From the IMG/VR virus record IMGVR_UViG_3300045988_124156: a stretch of DNA of 44,135 nucleotides. The stretch is one strand, 5' to 3'. The position numbers and the translations under genes are program-made. The notes beneath the pieces are model-generated. The model was not told the DNA's origin. It was given only the letters and a program-made list of their open reading frames with translations, and ran no database searches. Below, piece after piece: positions 8,237-18,618 of this stretch. Every line of letters starts with the position of its first letter. The first letter of the stretch is position 1. This DNA comes from a virus.

Positions 8237-11200
8237 ATGCTAGGAAATCTCGGACAAATTGCGGCCACCGTAAGTTTGAACATTGATCCGTTTCAAGTAA
8301 GCCAGCGAGTTTTGAATTCTTCAATTAAAGCAACTGCCGCTGAGTTGCGGGCTCAAGATGCTGCGTTTAAGGGCTCTGAAAAGTCTATCAACAACATGCG
8401 TTCAACCTATGACACATTGAGCCGCCAGTCAAAGAACTACCAAGCTCAGCTTCAGAAACAGCGAGAACGGTATGATGAAAATTCGAAAGCGGTTGAAAGA
8501 CTAAATAAAAGTGAGACTGCATCGCAGGAAGAAATTAATCGTGCGACAAAACTGCAAGCTAATGCTGCATCACAGTATAATCGGACTGCTGCCGCTGCTG
8601 CTCAAAATGAAAATCGAATGGCGGCCTTACGCAAAGAGATTGCGCTGCAAAGTGACGGCTGGACTAAAGTATCAAACGGCGCCTCTAAATTTGCATCTGT
8701 TACTGAAAAGACAAGCTCTAAGCTAACTGGTTTCGGATCAACGATGACCAAGGCAGTAACTGCTCCAATTGCCATTGGATTTGTGGCAGCCGCTAAATCT
8801 GCTATTGATTTCAACAGCCAGATTCAAGCAATGGGACCTTTGCTAACAAATGGGGGTGCGGTTACTGCCAAGTATCGTGCGCAACTTAATCAACTAGCAT
8901 CAGCATCAAAAAAGTGGTCGGTTGAATATGGCGTTTCCACGGCTGCAATTAACGATGGCATGTCAGAAATGATCAAACGTGGCTATACCGCTGCGCAAAC
9001 ATTAGGCGCAATGCCTGCAGTTCTCAATGCGGCAAAAGCGTCTGGCGATGACTTCAACGATGTTATGCATGTTTCTACATCCGTTTTGGAGCAATTTGGT
9101 CTAAAGACAGAATCAACAACGGGCATGCTTAAAAACACGTCTCGCGTTACAGATGCTCTTACCTATATTGCGAACGCTACTGCAGCGGGGTTCCAAGATA
9201 TGGGCGAGGCAATGACGTATGTCGGGCCTTCTGCTCATGCTGCTGGTATTTCACTCGAAGAAACAGCGGCTGCTATTGGTATTATGAGCAACAAAGGGAT
9301 TGAAGGATCAGTTGCTGGCACAGCATTACGTGGTGCCTTAACAAGACTGTTGAAGCCTTCTAAGCAAAATCTTCAAGGCTTTAATGAATTAGGCATATCT
9401 GTTGCTGATTTCAAAAAAGGAACTTTAACCCTTCCAGAGATTCTTGACAAAATCAAGAATAACACTAAGGGGTGGACGGACCAGCAACGTGCTTCTGCAG
9501 TAGCGTTGGCTTTTGGCACTGAAGCGCAAGCCGGCATGAATGCCTTGATTAGTGCAGGTGGCGGTGAGCTACGCAAATATACCAGTGAAGCTGAACATGC
9601 TAGTGGAACAACTGCCAAAATTGCTAACCAGTTAAACAATACGAATGCCGCCAAATTGAAGAGATTTCAAGAGTCGATTCATGTTTTAGGAATCGAAGTA
9701 GGCCAAAAACTTCTACCGACGCTGACACCTCTTATCAAAACAGCAACCGATGTTGTCAATGCTTTTGCAAAAATGGACAGCGGTACGCAACAAACCATTA
9801 TCAAATTTGCAGCGTTTGCGGCAGTTGTAGGACCAGCGAGTTCTCTTATCGGTGGAGCTCTTAAGCCCGTTGCTGCTTTGAGCAAAGGAATATCTGGAAT
9901 TGCGGGAGTCATTGGGCGAGCATCCGTAGCCGCAAAAATTGGCGGGACTGCAATGGATGTGCTCAAGTCTGGGTTTAGTAAGACAGCTTTTGAAGCACTT
10001 AAGGTTGCACCTGCAGCGGCTGCGGCAGCAGATGGTGCTTCTGGAATGGGAGCGGCCATGGGCGGAGCCGCAGCGAGCGGAACAGGTTTGCTAGCGGCAT
10101 TGGGGCCAATCGTCCCAGTTGTTTTAGGTGTGACAGCAGTCGTCGGTGCCGGTGTAGCCATCTGGGAATTGTGGGGCAAAAAGGCTCTTGAGTCTGCTGA
10201 CAGAACTTCACGATGGGGTACTGATATTGGTGCCGATGCCGACCGATCTGCTTCCAAAATGAAAGATGCCTCTGGGGAAATTTCTGGTGCTTTTGATGAT
10301 ACAAACCACACAGTCACCCAGAATGCTAAGACGATTTCTAAAGGGTTCAATGATTTAACGAAGGCCGCAAAAGAAGCCGCTGATCAGTCTGAGACAGCAG
10401 CAAAGAAATTGGCTAAAAGCCTCGGCGGTGAAGCCGCAGACAACATTGAAAAGCAGGCCGCTAAGGAAAAAGCCGCTAACGCTAAGCGAATCAAAGAGAT
10501 GGAAAGCAACAACAAAAAGGCCCAAGCCATTACTGCATCGTTTAACAAGAGCGGAGCACAGATGACGGCTGACCATTATCAACTGTTGGATAACTACCGT
10601 CGTAAAAATGCCGCACTGGCTGTCAAGACGCTACAGATTTCTGGATCACAACAGAATAATGTGCTCAAAGCTGTCCTTGGTGAGAGAACACGAATGTCTA
10701 AGAGTGCTGCCCTAGAGCAGTATCAAGATATGTGGAACGCTGCTAACAAAGAAAACAGTGCATACAAGTCGCAACAAGCAAAAATTAATGAAGAATTCAA
10801 GAATGATGCGACCATGCGTCACGTTGCTTTAGAAGGTTTAGAACGCGATCACCAGAATAAGATGAAGAGCCTCTATGCCGGTGCTATCCAAGCCATGAAA
10901 GCACAGGGAACGTCTCGCTCCGAAATGCTAGCGGAACTGCAAACTGACTTTCATCTGACAGCATCGCAAGCAGAGTCTGCGATGAATAGTTACGAAAATG
11001 CTATGGCGAAAGGCGTCAAGAGTAATCGCGACTTTGCGGCGGCAACTGAAGGATTTGGCAAAGCTGCGCAACAGGCAGGTGACCACTGGAACAATCTTGT
11101 ATTTGACACCAAAACAGGAAAAGTTAAAACAAATCTTCCTGAAGTGTTGAAAGATACGGCCAGCACTAAAAAAGGTTGGAAGCAACTTGTCTTTGACCTC

Positions 11201-13111
11201 AAGTACGCCAAGATTACATCAAATGCCAAGCAAATGATTGTCGAAGCGCTGGCATCATCTGAACAATGGCAGAAATTGAGCGTTCCCGAAAAGAATGCAA
11301 TTATCCGTACTCAGGGACGCGAGCAACTTGCTGATATTATGGATAAGTTTGTTTCCTGGAATAGTCTGTCGCTTAAGGATCAGCAAGTAATTGTGAAGGG
11401 CGATTACACGCCTTTAGTAAATGCTTTAGTCAAGAGTGGAGACTGGAACAATCTCACCTTGAAACAGCAAGAAGCCATTGTTAAGGATAAAGCAACAGTG
11501 CCATTAGTATCTTCACTTCAGCAAACCGGCGAGTGGCAGAAGCTCGACTTAAAAGTTCAAGAAGCGATTGTCAATGCTAAAGGCAAGAAAGATCTTGAAG
11601 ACATCATTTTTGACATGGGAGTTTGGAACAAGCTTCCAAATACGCAGAAATATGCAACCCTAGTTTCTTTTGGCAAGCAAGACATCGCTGATATTATTGA
11701 TCAGCTAAATTTGTGGAATACACTTACACCAAAAGAAATCAAGGCTGTAGCAAAGGGCGATACCAGCTCTTTGATAGCTGCTATTGATAAAGCAAATGAC
11801 TGGAATCGATTAACTCTTGGCCAGCTAGAAGCAATCGTTAAAGATAAGGCTTCTGCAGGCTTAGTCCAGGCCATGATCAAAGCCGGAGAGTGGAATGGCC
11901 TATCAATAGAAGAAAAAACTGCTATTATGCAGACCAAAGGCAAATCCGACTTAGCCGATATGGTTGTTAAATACGGTCTTTGGAACAGCCTTCCAAACTC
12001 TACCAAAAGTCTGTTGATGAACGATTCCGATGCTCGTACAAAATTGGAAAAAGCTGGAGTTGCAATTGATCAATATAATTTGTTTAAGAACCCCAACGAA
12101 AAAGGGCTAAAAGCAAATAATACTGATGTGCTTGGAAAAACAGAAGAAGCCAAAGGGAGCATTCAGAAATACAACGAAGTTCTACCGGGATTAAAACTGT
12201 TCCCTGCCGATGCAAGTAAGGTTAAACATGAATCATCTTCAGGCGGAACGAGTATTGCTAAGTATAACGAGGTATTGCCGGGATTAAAACTGTTTCCCGG
12301 CGATTCAAGCAGCGTGACAAATCATGCGGAAAAAGGAAAGGAAGAAATAGGCAGCTTCAACGCTACAAATCCTCTCATGCGTTTCTTCCAAGGAAATTCG
12401 GGAAGCGTTGATGGAGCATCTAAGTCAGGTAAAAGTAGCATAACATCGTTTAACAGCAAAGTACCGATTATGATGTTTTTCAATGGTAACGCAGATGGTG
12501 TTTCATCAGCGTCACAAATTGGTGTTAATGCGGTTGCTGCATTCGGTGGCAATGCTACCATCACAAAAACATTCAGGATTAGTGCAGATATTGATCCCGC
12601 TGTACAACGACTTTTGAACAGTGGCAAGTTTGCACGAGGCACTCAAAACTTTACCGGTGGATTAGCAACTATTAACGACGCATCTGGCACTCGTTATCAA
12701 GAGGTCGTCACACTACCAAATGGAGCAAAATTTGTGGCATATGGGCGAAATGTTACCTTACCACTTCCTCGACATACAAAAATTGAAACTGCCATGCAGT
12801 CCGCAAGAAACTACTCGATTCCACGTTTTGCTGGCGGCACCACAGACTTCGGAGGCGCTGCTAATAGAATAAACCAATTGAATCCGCAAACCTTTGTTAC
12901 CAGCATTTATAGTGGTGGCAATAGTCGTGTTGAGGATTTGCTAGCAAGACTGATCGAATTAACAATTTATCAGATTAATCATACACAACGTACTGAAGGC
13001 AAAGTAGTGCTTGAAAATAACCGCGAAATCGGCAAATGGTTGTACCCAACAATTAATGAGCTGGATAAGCAAAACACAATCAGAGAAAGACATGGAAGGG
13101 GTGTTTATTAA
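8237..13111 (+). CDS. tape measure protein
   Basis: 1624-aa ORF with AAAGGAGG RBS, coiled-coil N terminus, Ala/Gly-rich TM segment, PhageMin_Tail-like core, internal repeats. Confidence 0.9.
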   Translation: MLGNLGQIAATVSLNIDPFQVSQRVLNSSIKATAAELRAQDAAFKGSEKSINNMRSTYDTLSRQSKNYQAQLQKQRERYDENSKAVERLNKSETASQEEINRATKLQANAASQYNRTAAAAAQNENRMAALRKEIALQSDGWTKVSNGASKFASVTEKTSSKLTGFGSTMTKAVTAPIAIGFVAAAKSAIDFNSQIQAMGPLLTNGGAVTAKYRAQLNQLASASKKWSVEYGVSTAAINDGMSEMIKRGYTAAQTLGAMPAVLNAAKASGDDFNDVMHVSTSVLEQFGLKTESTTGMLKNTSRVTDALTYIANATAAGFQDMGEAMTYVGPSAHAAGISLEETAAAIGIMSNKGIEGSVAGTALRGALTRLLKPSKQNLQGFNELGISVADFKKGTLTLPEILDKIKNNTKGWTDQQRASAVALAFGTEAQAGMNALISAGGGELRKYTSEAEHASGTTAKIANQLNNTNAAKLKRFQESIHVLGIEVGQKLLPTLTPLIKTATDVVNAFAKMDSGTQQTIIKFAAFAAVVGPASSLIGGALKPVAALSKGISGIAGVIGRASVAAKIGGTAMDVLKSGFSKTAFEALKVAPAAAAAADGASGMGAAMGGAAASGTGLLAALGPIVPVVLGVTAVVGAGVAIWELWGKKALESADRTSRWGTDIGADADRSASKMKDASGEISGAFDDTNHTVTQNAKTISKGFNDLTKAAKEAADQSETAAKKLAKSLGGEAADNIEKQAAKEKAANAKRIKEMESNNKKAQAITASFNKSGAQMTADHYQLLDNYRRKNAALAVKTLQISGSQQNNVLKAVLGERTRMSKSAALEQYQDMWNAANKENSAYKSQQAKINEEFKNDATMRHVALEGLERDHQNKMKSLYAGAIQAMKAQGTSRSEMLAELQTDFHLTASQAESAMNSYENAMAKGVKSNRDFAAATEGFGKAAQQAGDHWNNLVFDTKTGKVKTNLPEVLKDTASTKKGWKQLVFDLKYAKITSNAKQMIVEALASSEQWQKLSVPEKNAIIRTQGREQLADIMDKFVSWNSLSLKDQQVIVKGDYTPLVNALVKSGDWNNLTLKQQEAIVKDKATVPLVSSLQQTGEWQKLDLKVQEAIVNAKGKKDLEDIIFDMGVWNKLPNTQKYATLVSFGKQDIADIIDQLNLWNTLTPKEIKAVAKGDTSSLIAAIDKANDWNRLTLGQLEAIVKDKASAGLVQAMIKAGEWNGLSIEEKTAIMQTKGKSDLADMVVKYGLWNSLPNSTKSLLMNDSDARTKLEKAGVAIDQYNLFKNPNEKGLKANNTDVLGKTEEAKGSIQKYNEVLPGLKLFPADASKVKHESSSGGTSIAKYNEVLPGLKLFPGDSSSVTNHAEKGKEEIGSFNATNPLMRFFQGNSGSVDGASKSGKSSITSFNSKVPIMMFFNGNADGVSSASQIGVNAVAAFGGNATITKTFRISADIDPAVQRLLNSGKFARGTQNFTGGLATINDASGTRYQEVVTLPNGAKFVAYGRNVTLPLPRHTKIETAMQSARNYSIPRFAGGTTDFGGAANRINQLNPQTFVTSIYSGGNSRVEDLLARLIELTIYQINHTQRTEGKVVLENNREIGKWLYPTINELDKQNTIRERHGRGVY
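11250..12020 (+). repeat. about 9 tandem, degenerate ~29-aa Trp-centred repeats inside the TMP
   Basis: Recurring x-W-[NQ]-x-L-[STPD]-x(3)-[QK]-x-A-I-[VM]... units: EQWQKLSVPEKNAII, SWNSLSLKDQQVIV, DWNNLTLKQQEAIV, EWQKLDLKVQEAIV, VWNKLPNTQKYA, LWNTLTPKEIKAV, DWNRLTLGQLEAIV, EWNGLSIEEKTAIM, LWNSLPNSTKSL. Confidence 0.8.
12161..12310 (+). repeat. internal tandem duplication in the TMP (IxKYNEVLPGLKLFPxDxS twice)
   Basis: Both copies contain ccgggattaaaactgtt; the peptides are IQKYNEVLPGLKLFPADAS and IAKYNEVLPGLKLFPGDSS. Confidence 0.8.
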
Positions 13112-15028
13112 TTGGCGAACTTGATATTTGGAGGACGTAAGATTGGTAGTTCCGTTCTGCAGTTTAGTGCTGCTAGGGGAATTACATCAGAGATTGAAAA
13201 CACTTCCCATTCTGTTGGAATTAGCGATGGTGAGATGCTTATCAATAGTCGTCTTAAGTCTAGAATCATTCCAGTAACTTATGATTTTGTGGCGCTATCT
13301 CGTCGTGAATTTGAACGGCAGTTAGCGCCACTACTGTATAGCACGGATGTTCAGAAGCTAATCATTGATGATCGCCCTGATGAATTTTGGTATGCAAAAG
13401 TTGACGGCAAGATCGACATGGACCGAGCTTATTTTCTTGGCACTGGTACTATTAATTTTCTGGTTCCCGATGGCGTTGCGCACTCGGTAGCCACGAAGAC
13501 GGCTGACAACATGCCATACAAGGACGTGCCAGTTAATTTGTTGACAGGGACAAGTACTCCGATACAAATTACCGGCAACGGGACCGTAAATAATTTATTC
13601 CAGACATATACGTTTGGGGGTAAACAATTAAAAGATATTGTTGGGGCAGGTACAAGTTTGGTATTAAGTTTTGACTGGTCAGTCTTATACCAAGGAGCAC
13701 TAGGCGATTTCAAAGCTCAACTAAATGGTGCACCATGGAGCTTCTGGGTAAAAACCAATATGTCTAGTGGGTCAGGTCATTATTATGCATCAAACCCCAT
13801 AGACTCGGATATTCTGGCCTCTACTGCGACTGGTATTCAAATTCGAATGGATAATTCTTCAACAACAATAACAATATCTAATATGAAGCTTGAGCTAGGC
13901 ACTTCAGCTTCACCATGGTCGCCTAACCCAGCGGATCCTGAATACTATTCCGACACCATTACGGTGCACAATGGCGGCACATATCCGGTTGAGCCAGTTA
14001 TTACGGCAACTATGCACGCTGATAACGGCATGGTTGGGATTGTCAATGATCGCCCCGGTATTCTTCAATTCGGTACGCAAGAAATTGATGGTTTCACCAC
14101 TGAAGAAAGCGAAGTAGCACTTAATTTGGCAGCCGTGCAAGGCTCACATATGGATAATCAAGCCGCCACAAACAATCCCTATTGGGGTGGTGATCCTAGT
14201 ATGCCTAATGAACAGGTTGGCAACGCGATTTGGACTCATGACGATTATGATGGCTGGAAGGTTGAGCCTAATTGGTCCAGTATTACTGGCGACCACAAGT
14301 ATTGGAACGGGCCTTCAATCAAGCACAATCTCGTCCAGACGCATAACGGTAACTTCAAGAGCAATCTCACATGGGACGTAATGACACGCTTCCAAACTGG
14401 GGTAGCAAAGGTAGGTGCGCTCGAAACAACGTTAGAAAGTGACGGCAAGCCAATTTTTCAGATGATACTGAAGGATAATAGCGCATTGTCCGATCAGATT
14501 CGGTGGATGTGCTACTACAAAGGTCAACTGGTAGTCGATAGAAAGCTTGATCGTAGCATCTTCACTAACGACAAGTTCATTCAGTTGGAGTTGCAGAAGT
14601 ACGGAAAGTCAGTGATTTTCAACATATCACCATGGGTTGGCAATCAAGGACGAGAGACGACAATTTCAGTTCCACTTACGTTTGAGGATGCGGACGATGT
14701 TGAGACCAAGCAATTTTCCGCGTGGTTCATGCGTGACAAGACATGGGGCGAATCGACCATGTATCTGATTGCGTCCACCGTCAAATGGCAGAACGTTAGC
14801 TGGTATACGAATATCAAGAATCGTTTTAGCAATGGTGATGTTCTCAAGATTGATGTGGCTAACGCTAAGACGTACTTGAATGGTTCTCTTGACCCAACCA
14901 TGCAAACGCTCGGTAATCAATGGGAGCAATTTGAACTGCCACCCGGTGATACTGAGATTACTATCACGCCCTCGAGCTGGGCACAACCATTTGCATGTGA
15001 AGTCGAGATAAGGGAGGCCTGGCTATAA
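13112..15028 (+). CDS. distal tail protein (Dit), enlarged 'evolved' form
   Basis: TTG start abuts the TMP stop. Sipho_tail-like N terminus. 638 aa, about twice the size of a minimal Dit, implying inserted modules. Confidence 0.8.
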   Translation: MANLIFGGRKIGSSVLQFSAARGITSEIENTSHSVGISDGEMLINSRLKSRIIPVTYDFVALSRREFERQLAPLLYSTDVQKLIIDDRPDEFWYAKVDGKIDMDRAYFLGTGTINFLVPDGVAHSVATKTADNMPYKDVPVNLLTGTSTPIQITGNGTVNNLFQTYTFGGKQLKDIVGAGTSLVLSFDWSVLYQGALGDFKAQLNGAPWSFWVKTNMSSGSGHYYASNPIDSDILASTATGIQIRMDNSSTTITISNMKLELGTSASPWSPNPADPEYYSDTITVHNGGTYPVEPVITATMHADNGMVGIVNDRPGILQFGTQEIDGFTTEESEVALNLAAVQGSHMDNQAATNNPYWGGDPSMPNEQVGNAIWTHDDYDGWKVEPNWSSITGDHKYWNGPSIKHNLVQTHNGNFKSNLTWDVMTRFQTGVAKVGALETTLESDGKPIFQMILKDNSALSDQIRWMCYYKGQLVVDRKLDRSIFTNDKFIQLELQKYGKSVIFNISPWVGNQGRETTISVPLTFEDADDVETKQFSAWFMRDKTWGESTMYLIASTVKWQNVSWYTNIKNRFSNGDVLKIDVANAKTYLNGSLDPTMQTLGNQWEQFELPPGDTEITITPSSWAQPFACEVEIREAWL

Positions 15029-17554
15029 ATGAAGTATTACTTTGCAGATCGAAAATCAAACATTTTGGGTGTTGGGTCGACTGATGGCAAAGGCGAATGG
15101 CGAATTGACAACGATATAGAAACACAAAGTGTTGACAATCGTCCTGCTGTCGAGCTTTCTCTTGATATTCACTTCACGACTGATCAGGAACAAGCAGTCA
15201 ATGAGATGGCTAAAGCAACCAACTTCATCATGTATCAAGATGAAGAAGGCAACGGCCACCAAATGGTAATCGAATCGGTTGAGCATGATTCACTAGGCCA
15301 TGTCCATTCAATTGTTGCCAGCGATGCTGGTAATGATTTAATAAACGAAACCGTTGGCGCCTTCAAGGCCGACAAACCATATACGATTGCTGAATACATT
15401 CTCATGTTTACAAATGATTCTGGCTGGGAGATTGGTATCAACGAATTTCCTGATAACGTCCGAACGCTTGAGTGGACAGGCGAAGAATCGTCGTTGGCTC
15501 GCATTATTGCCGTGGCAAAAGATTTTAATGCAGTGCTTAGTTTTGGCTTTGAGTTTGTGGGAACCAACTTGGTCAAGCGTGTCATTAACATTCGGCATGA
15601 AACGGCCGGTGACAGCTTGATCTCTTTTGAAATGAATAAGGACATCAACAATATCGTCACGCACCTCGATACCTATGACATGGAAACATCGATTAAGGCT
15701 TATGGAGCGGTGCCAGAAAGCACGGATGGATCAACTAATCAGGATCCAATCAACTTGATCGGCTACAAATGGACTGATCCAACGGGACAGTTTGTGCTTG
15801 ATCAGTACGGGTTCTTGCACGATACCATTGCTGTGCAGAAATATTCACGTTTGTTAAGCAACAGCAACCCAAACCCAAAACAGTCTGACTGGAATCGGGT
15901 TAAAACGTTTGATTCAAAATCGCAGGCAGAACTTTTGCAAGCGGCTTTGGCAGATTTGAAGAAATACAATCATCCAAACGAAACGTATGATATTGATCTA
16001 GTTAATTCACCATACGTACCGCTTAATCAAACCGTCCACATTGCAGATGAGAATCAACAGCTATTCCTGTCTGCCAAAGTGTTGAGCATTCAGCGCAGCC
16101 GTGCTAACCATTCTGTCAAGCTTACTTTGGGTGAGTTCGCTCATGAAACAGTCAGCTTTGACCAACGACTCAGTGAGCTTGCCAACCAGATGTCGAATAT
16201 CTCAAAAACCGTTCAATACTATCCTTGGCTTCGTTATGCCGATGATGACAAAGGCACAAACATGAGTGCCTTCCCAACTGGTAAGAAGTATATGGCAATC
16301 GTTTGGTCAAACAAGTCATCCGTGCCAAGTGACAATCCGGCTGATTACGCTGGCCATTGGGCGCTTATTCAGGGAAAAGATGGTGCTGACGGTGTTCCGG
16401 GTGCAAAGGGTGCAGATGGCCGTACAAGCTATTTCCACACCGCTTGGGCAGATGATGTAAGTGGTCAAAGCGGGTTCACGGTATCCGGAGGTGATGGCAA
16501 AAAGTATATTGGTACGTACAGCGATTTCACGCAGGCCGACAGCACCAATCCGAGTGATTACAATTGGGCGCTTTTTAAAGGTGAAGATGGTGATGTGGGG
16601 CCAAAGGGCGATACTGGTCCGCAAGGTCCACAGGGACCACAAGGGCCACAAGGGGTTCCCGGAAGCAAGGATGTGCCATACACTTACATTCAGTTAGGCA
16701 CACCCACAAGCCCCAAGAAAGGCGATTTGTGGTGGCACGGGACAACGCTTAACGATGCCACAGCATTACAGTATTACAATGGATCAACTTGGATTGACCA
16801 GAGCATTCAGCAGGCGGTTCTAAGTATCAAAAAGCTGCAATCAATTGAGATTGACACATCAACCATCAATTCGCCTGACATTAATTCGCCATTCAGCCAT
16901 GTTCAGATTGACGGTGCCAAGAGTTCTGGCAATCTTGAACTCAAAGATGCAAGTCTAAGTATATTGGGCAACATCGAAGACAATAATGGTAATCCCAACG
17001 GTCAATACTACAAATCACTTTTGAGTCCAAACGGTATGTTCAACTACATCACGACACCCGATCAAAAGGGAAGCATGTCGTCAGTTGCACTCCAACGTGG
17101 TGCGTTGCAGTTGCAAACGCTGATCAGTGACCCCAGTGCCGCTACAAAAAAATATATTCAATCTGAATTCACTTCGGCAGACAACGTGACATTTTTCTAC
17201 GTCAATACAACCGCGCTAAGCAATATTGATATTGATTGGGCATATATTTACTACACGCGACGTGGCAATTTGGTGACCGCCAACTTTCAAATTCACACAA
17301 TAGCTAATCAGTACAATTTTTTGAGGCTCGCAGATATTAGACCCGGTTACAAGCCCTATTTGACAAACAATATTGTTGCAAGTTGCTTAAGCTTTTCAGA
17401 TCCCGGACAGTCTACAGCTATGTATTCAAGCACGCCAAAGGGGGGAACGGTCGGCTGGTATAGCAACATTTCCAAAGCTTCTGGTAGTTATGGTGGCTCG
17501 GTGTCGTATCTAACTCAGGACGATTATCCGACGGGTGATTCATATTTTGCGTAA
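15029..17554 (+). CDS. tail-associated lysin-like / baseplate protein (Tal) with collagen-like repeats and C-terminal receptor-binding-like region
   Basis: 841-aa ORF, TAAATG junction with Dit, Prophage_tail-like N terminus, Gly-X-Y runs. Confidence 0.8.
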   Translation: MKYYFADRKSNILGVGSTDGKGEWRIDNDIETQSVDNRPAVELSLDIHFTTDQEQAVNEMAKATNFIMYQDEEGNGHQMVIESVEHDSLGHVHSIVASDAGNDLINETVGAFKADKPYTIAEYILMFTNDSGWEIGINEFPDNVRTLEWTGEESSLARIIAVAKDFNAVLSFGFEFVGTNLVKRVINIRHETAGDSLISFEMNKDINNIVTHLDTYDMETSIKAYGAVPESTDGSTNQDPINLIGYKWTDPTGQFVLDQYGFLHDTIAVQKYSRLLSNSNPNPKQSDWNRVKTFDSKSQAELLQAALADLKKYNHPNETYDIDLVNSPYVPLNQTVHIADENQQLFLSAKVLSIQRSRANHSVKLTLGEFAHETVSFDQRLSELANQMSNISKTVQYYPWLRYADDDKGTNMSAFPTGKKYMAIVWSNKSSVPSDNPADYAGHWALIQGKDGADGVPGAKGADGRTSYFHTAWADDVSGQSGFTVSGGDGKKYIGTYSDFTQADSTNPSDYNWALFKGEDGDVGPKGDTGPQGPQGPQGPQGVPGSKDVPYTYIQLGTPTSPKKGDLWWHGTTLNDATALQYYNGSTWIDQSIQQAVLSIKKLQSIEIDTSTINSPDINSPFSHVQIDGAKSSGNLELKDASLSILGNIEDNNGNPNGQYYKSLLSPNGMFNYITTPDQKGSMSSVALQRGALQLQTLISDPSAATKKYIQSEFTSADNVTFFYVNTTALSNIDIDWAYIYYTRRGNLVTANFQIHTIANQYNFLRLADIRPGYKPYLTNNIVASCLSFSDPGQSTAMYSSTPKGGTVGWYSNISKASGSYGGSVSYLTQDDYPTGDSYFA
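16373..16426 (+). repeat. collagen-like Gly-X-Y run 1 (6 triplets)
   Basis: GKDGADGVPGAKGADGRT. Confidence 0.85.
16580..16669 (+). repeat. collagen-like Gly-X-Y run 2 (10 triplets)
   Basis: GEDGDVGPKGDTGPQGPQGPQGPQGVPGSK, including a (GPQ)4 tract. Confidence 0.9.
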
Positions 17555-17569
17555 CTTGGAGATGACATT

Positions 17570-17860
17570 ATGAAAATCAAAGTGTGGACGGACAGCAATA
17601 ACCGTCTGCTTAATTGGGCAAACGCTGATGAAAATAGACCAGTAGGGCCAACCGATGAAGGATTTGAAGTTATTGAAGTTGCCGATGCCATTGGCTTGTA
17701 TGAGAACCACGCCAGCATTGTTGACGGTCAAGTCATTCCTGATTCTGGTTATGATCCAGACGCTGACAGACCTGCACCTGAGCCGTCACCAGAACATCAG
17801 ATGATTGCTGCGCTTACTCTTGAAGTAGCACAGCTGAAGGCGGCGAAATCAAGTGACTAA
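17570..17860 (+). CDS. hypothetical tail-region protein
   Basis: 96-aa ORF with GGAG RBS, follows Tal. Confidence 0.6.
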   Translation: MKIKVWTDSNNRLLNWANADENRPVGPTDEGFEVIEVADAIGLYENHASIVDGQVIPDSGYDPDADRPAPEPSPEHQMIAALTLEVAQLKAAKSSD

Positions 17861-17984
17861 TTATGATCAGTGTGCACTACTTTACAGTTGGGGAATTGAT
17901 TTAACACCTTATGTACCGGTAATGATCACCCCAGACGAATACAAACAAATTACAGGCAGTGACTATGTCGCCAGCAAAAGCTAG
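17853..17984 (+). CDS. XkdX-like small protein
   Basis: 43-aa ORF below the track cutoff. GTG start overlaps the previous stop (GTGACTAA). MTNYDQCALLYSWGIDLTPYVPVMITPDEYKQITGSDYVASKS has the XkdX-type ...IT-x-EY-x-x-ITG end. Confidence 0.5.
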   Translation: MTNYDQCALLYSWGIDLTPYVPVMITPDEYKQITGSDYVASKS

Positions 17985-18008
17985 CGGCTATTTTTATGGA
18001 AGGAAGTG

Positions 18009-18392
18009 ATGACAATGTTAAACAAAATCAGAGATCACCCAACGCATGCAGCACTTGCCATTGGCATGGTTGCCATTGGCTTGTTTCTAATCATCAATGA
18101 CCATTATTTCATCTGGCCCCCACATTACTCTGACTGGTTAAACGATGACATTGTGGGGTTTTTGTTTATTGTTGACGGACTCGGAATTGGGGGTTGGGTG
18201 CTATGGGAAGAACAGTCGGCAGTAATCAATCGTCTGTTGCTTACGACTACCAGCTTTTTGATGTCGTTCTTGACAATATTGCAATTTCTGACATCAATCT
18301 CGACTGGAATCTACACAAGTTGGATCAGCAATATGATCATAACAGCCTTCGTGCTGATTCTGGCGCGAAGGAGTGATACAAGAGATGATTGA
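18009..18392 (+). CDS. membrane protein, 4 predicted TM helices (lysis-region)
   Basis: ORF after GGAAGGAAG. Four hydrophobic segments. Start 18009 versus 18015 is uncertain. Confidence 0.6.
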   Translation: MTMLNKIRDHPTHAALAIGMVAIGLFLIINDHYFIWPPHYSDWLNDDIVGFLFIVDGLGIGGWVLWEEQSAVINRLLLTTTSFLMSFLTILQFLTSISTGIYTSWISNMIITAFVLILARRSDTRDD

Positions 18393-18618
18393 TAAATATC
18401 TCATGGCATACGCGCCTTATATCGCAGGTATTCTATCTGCACTGGTTGCCTATCTAAGTCTTCGTGAGAGTCGACGCAAAACCAAGCATGATGAGGCTAT
18501 GGATTTGCTGGACATGGTTAATAAAGACAATGATAGGCTCCGAGAAGAAAATGAAGAGCTTAAAAAGAAAAACTTACAGTTAACAAGAGAATTGGAGGAA
18601 CTAAGACATGCAAAATGA
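18385..18618 (+). CDS. membrane-anchored coiled-coil protein (lysis-region)
   Basis: N-terminal TM (YAPYIAGILSALVAYLSL) then charged coiled coil DRLREENEELKKKNLQLTRELEELR. Start is ambiguous (GTG 18373 or ATG 18385). Confidence 0.5.
   Translation: MIDKYLMAYAPYIAGILSALVAYLSLRESRRKTKHDEAMDLLDMVNKDNDRLREENEELKKKNLQLTRELEELRHAK

Noticed and set aside
9679-10350. 223-aa minus-strand ORF (and 9999..10304, 9373..9654) inside the tape measure gene
   Set aside because: It is antisense to an Ala/Gly-rich, GC-rich stretch that is naturally poor in stop codons. It has no RBS, a low-complexity translation, and lies wholly within a confident CDS.
15235-15660. Minus-strand ORFs within Tal and Dit (15235..15660, 15338..15664, 14666..14986, 16316..16651 and others)
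   Set aside because: They are antisense to confident structural genes and have no RBS or motifs.
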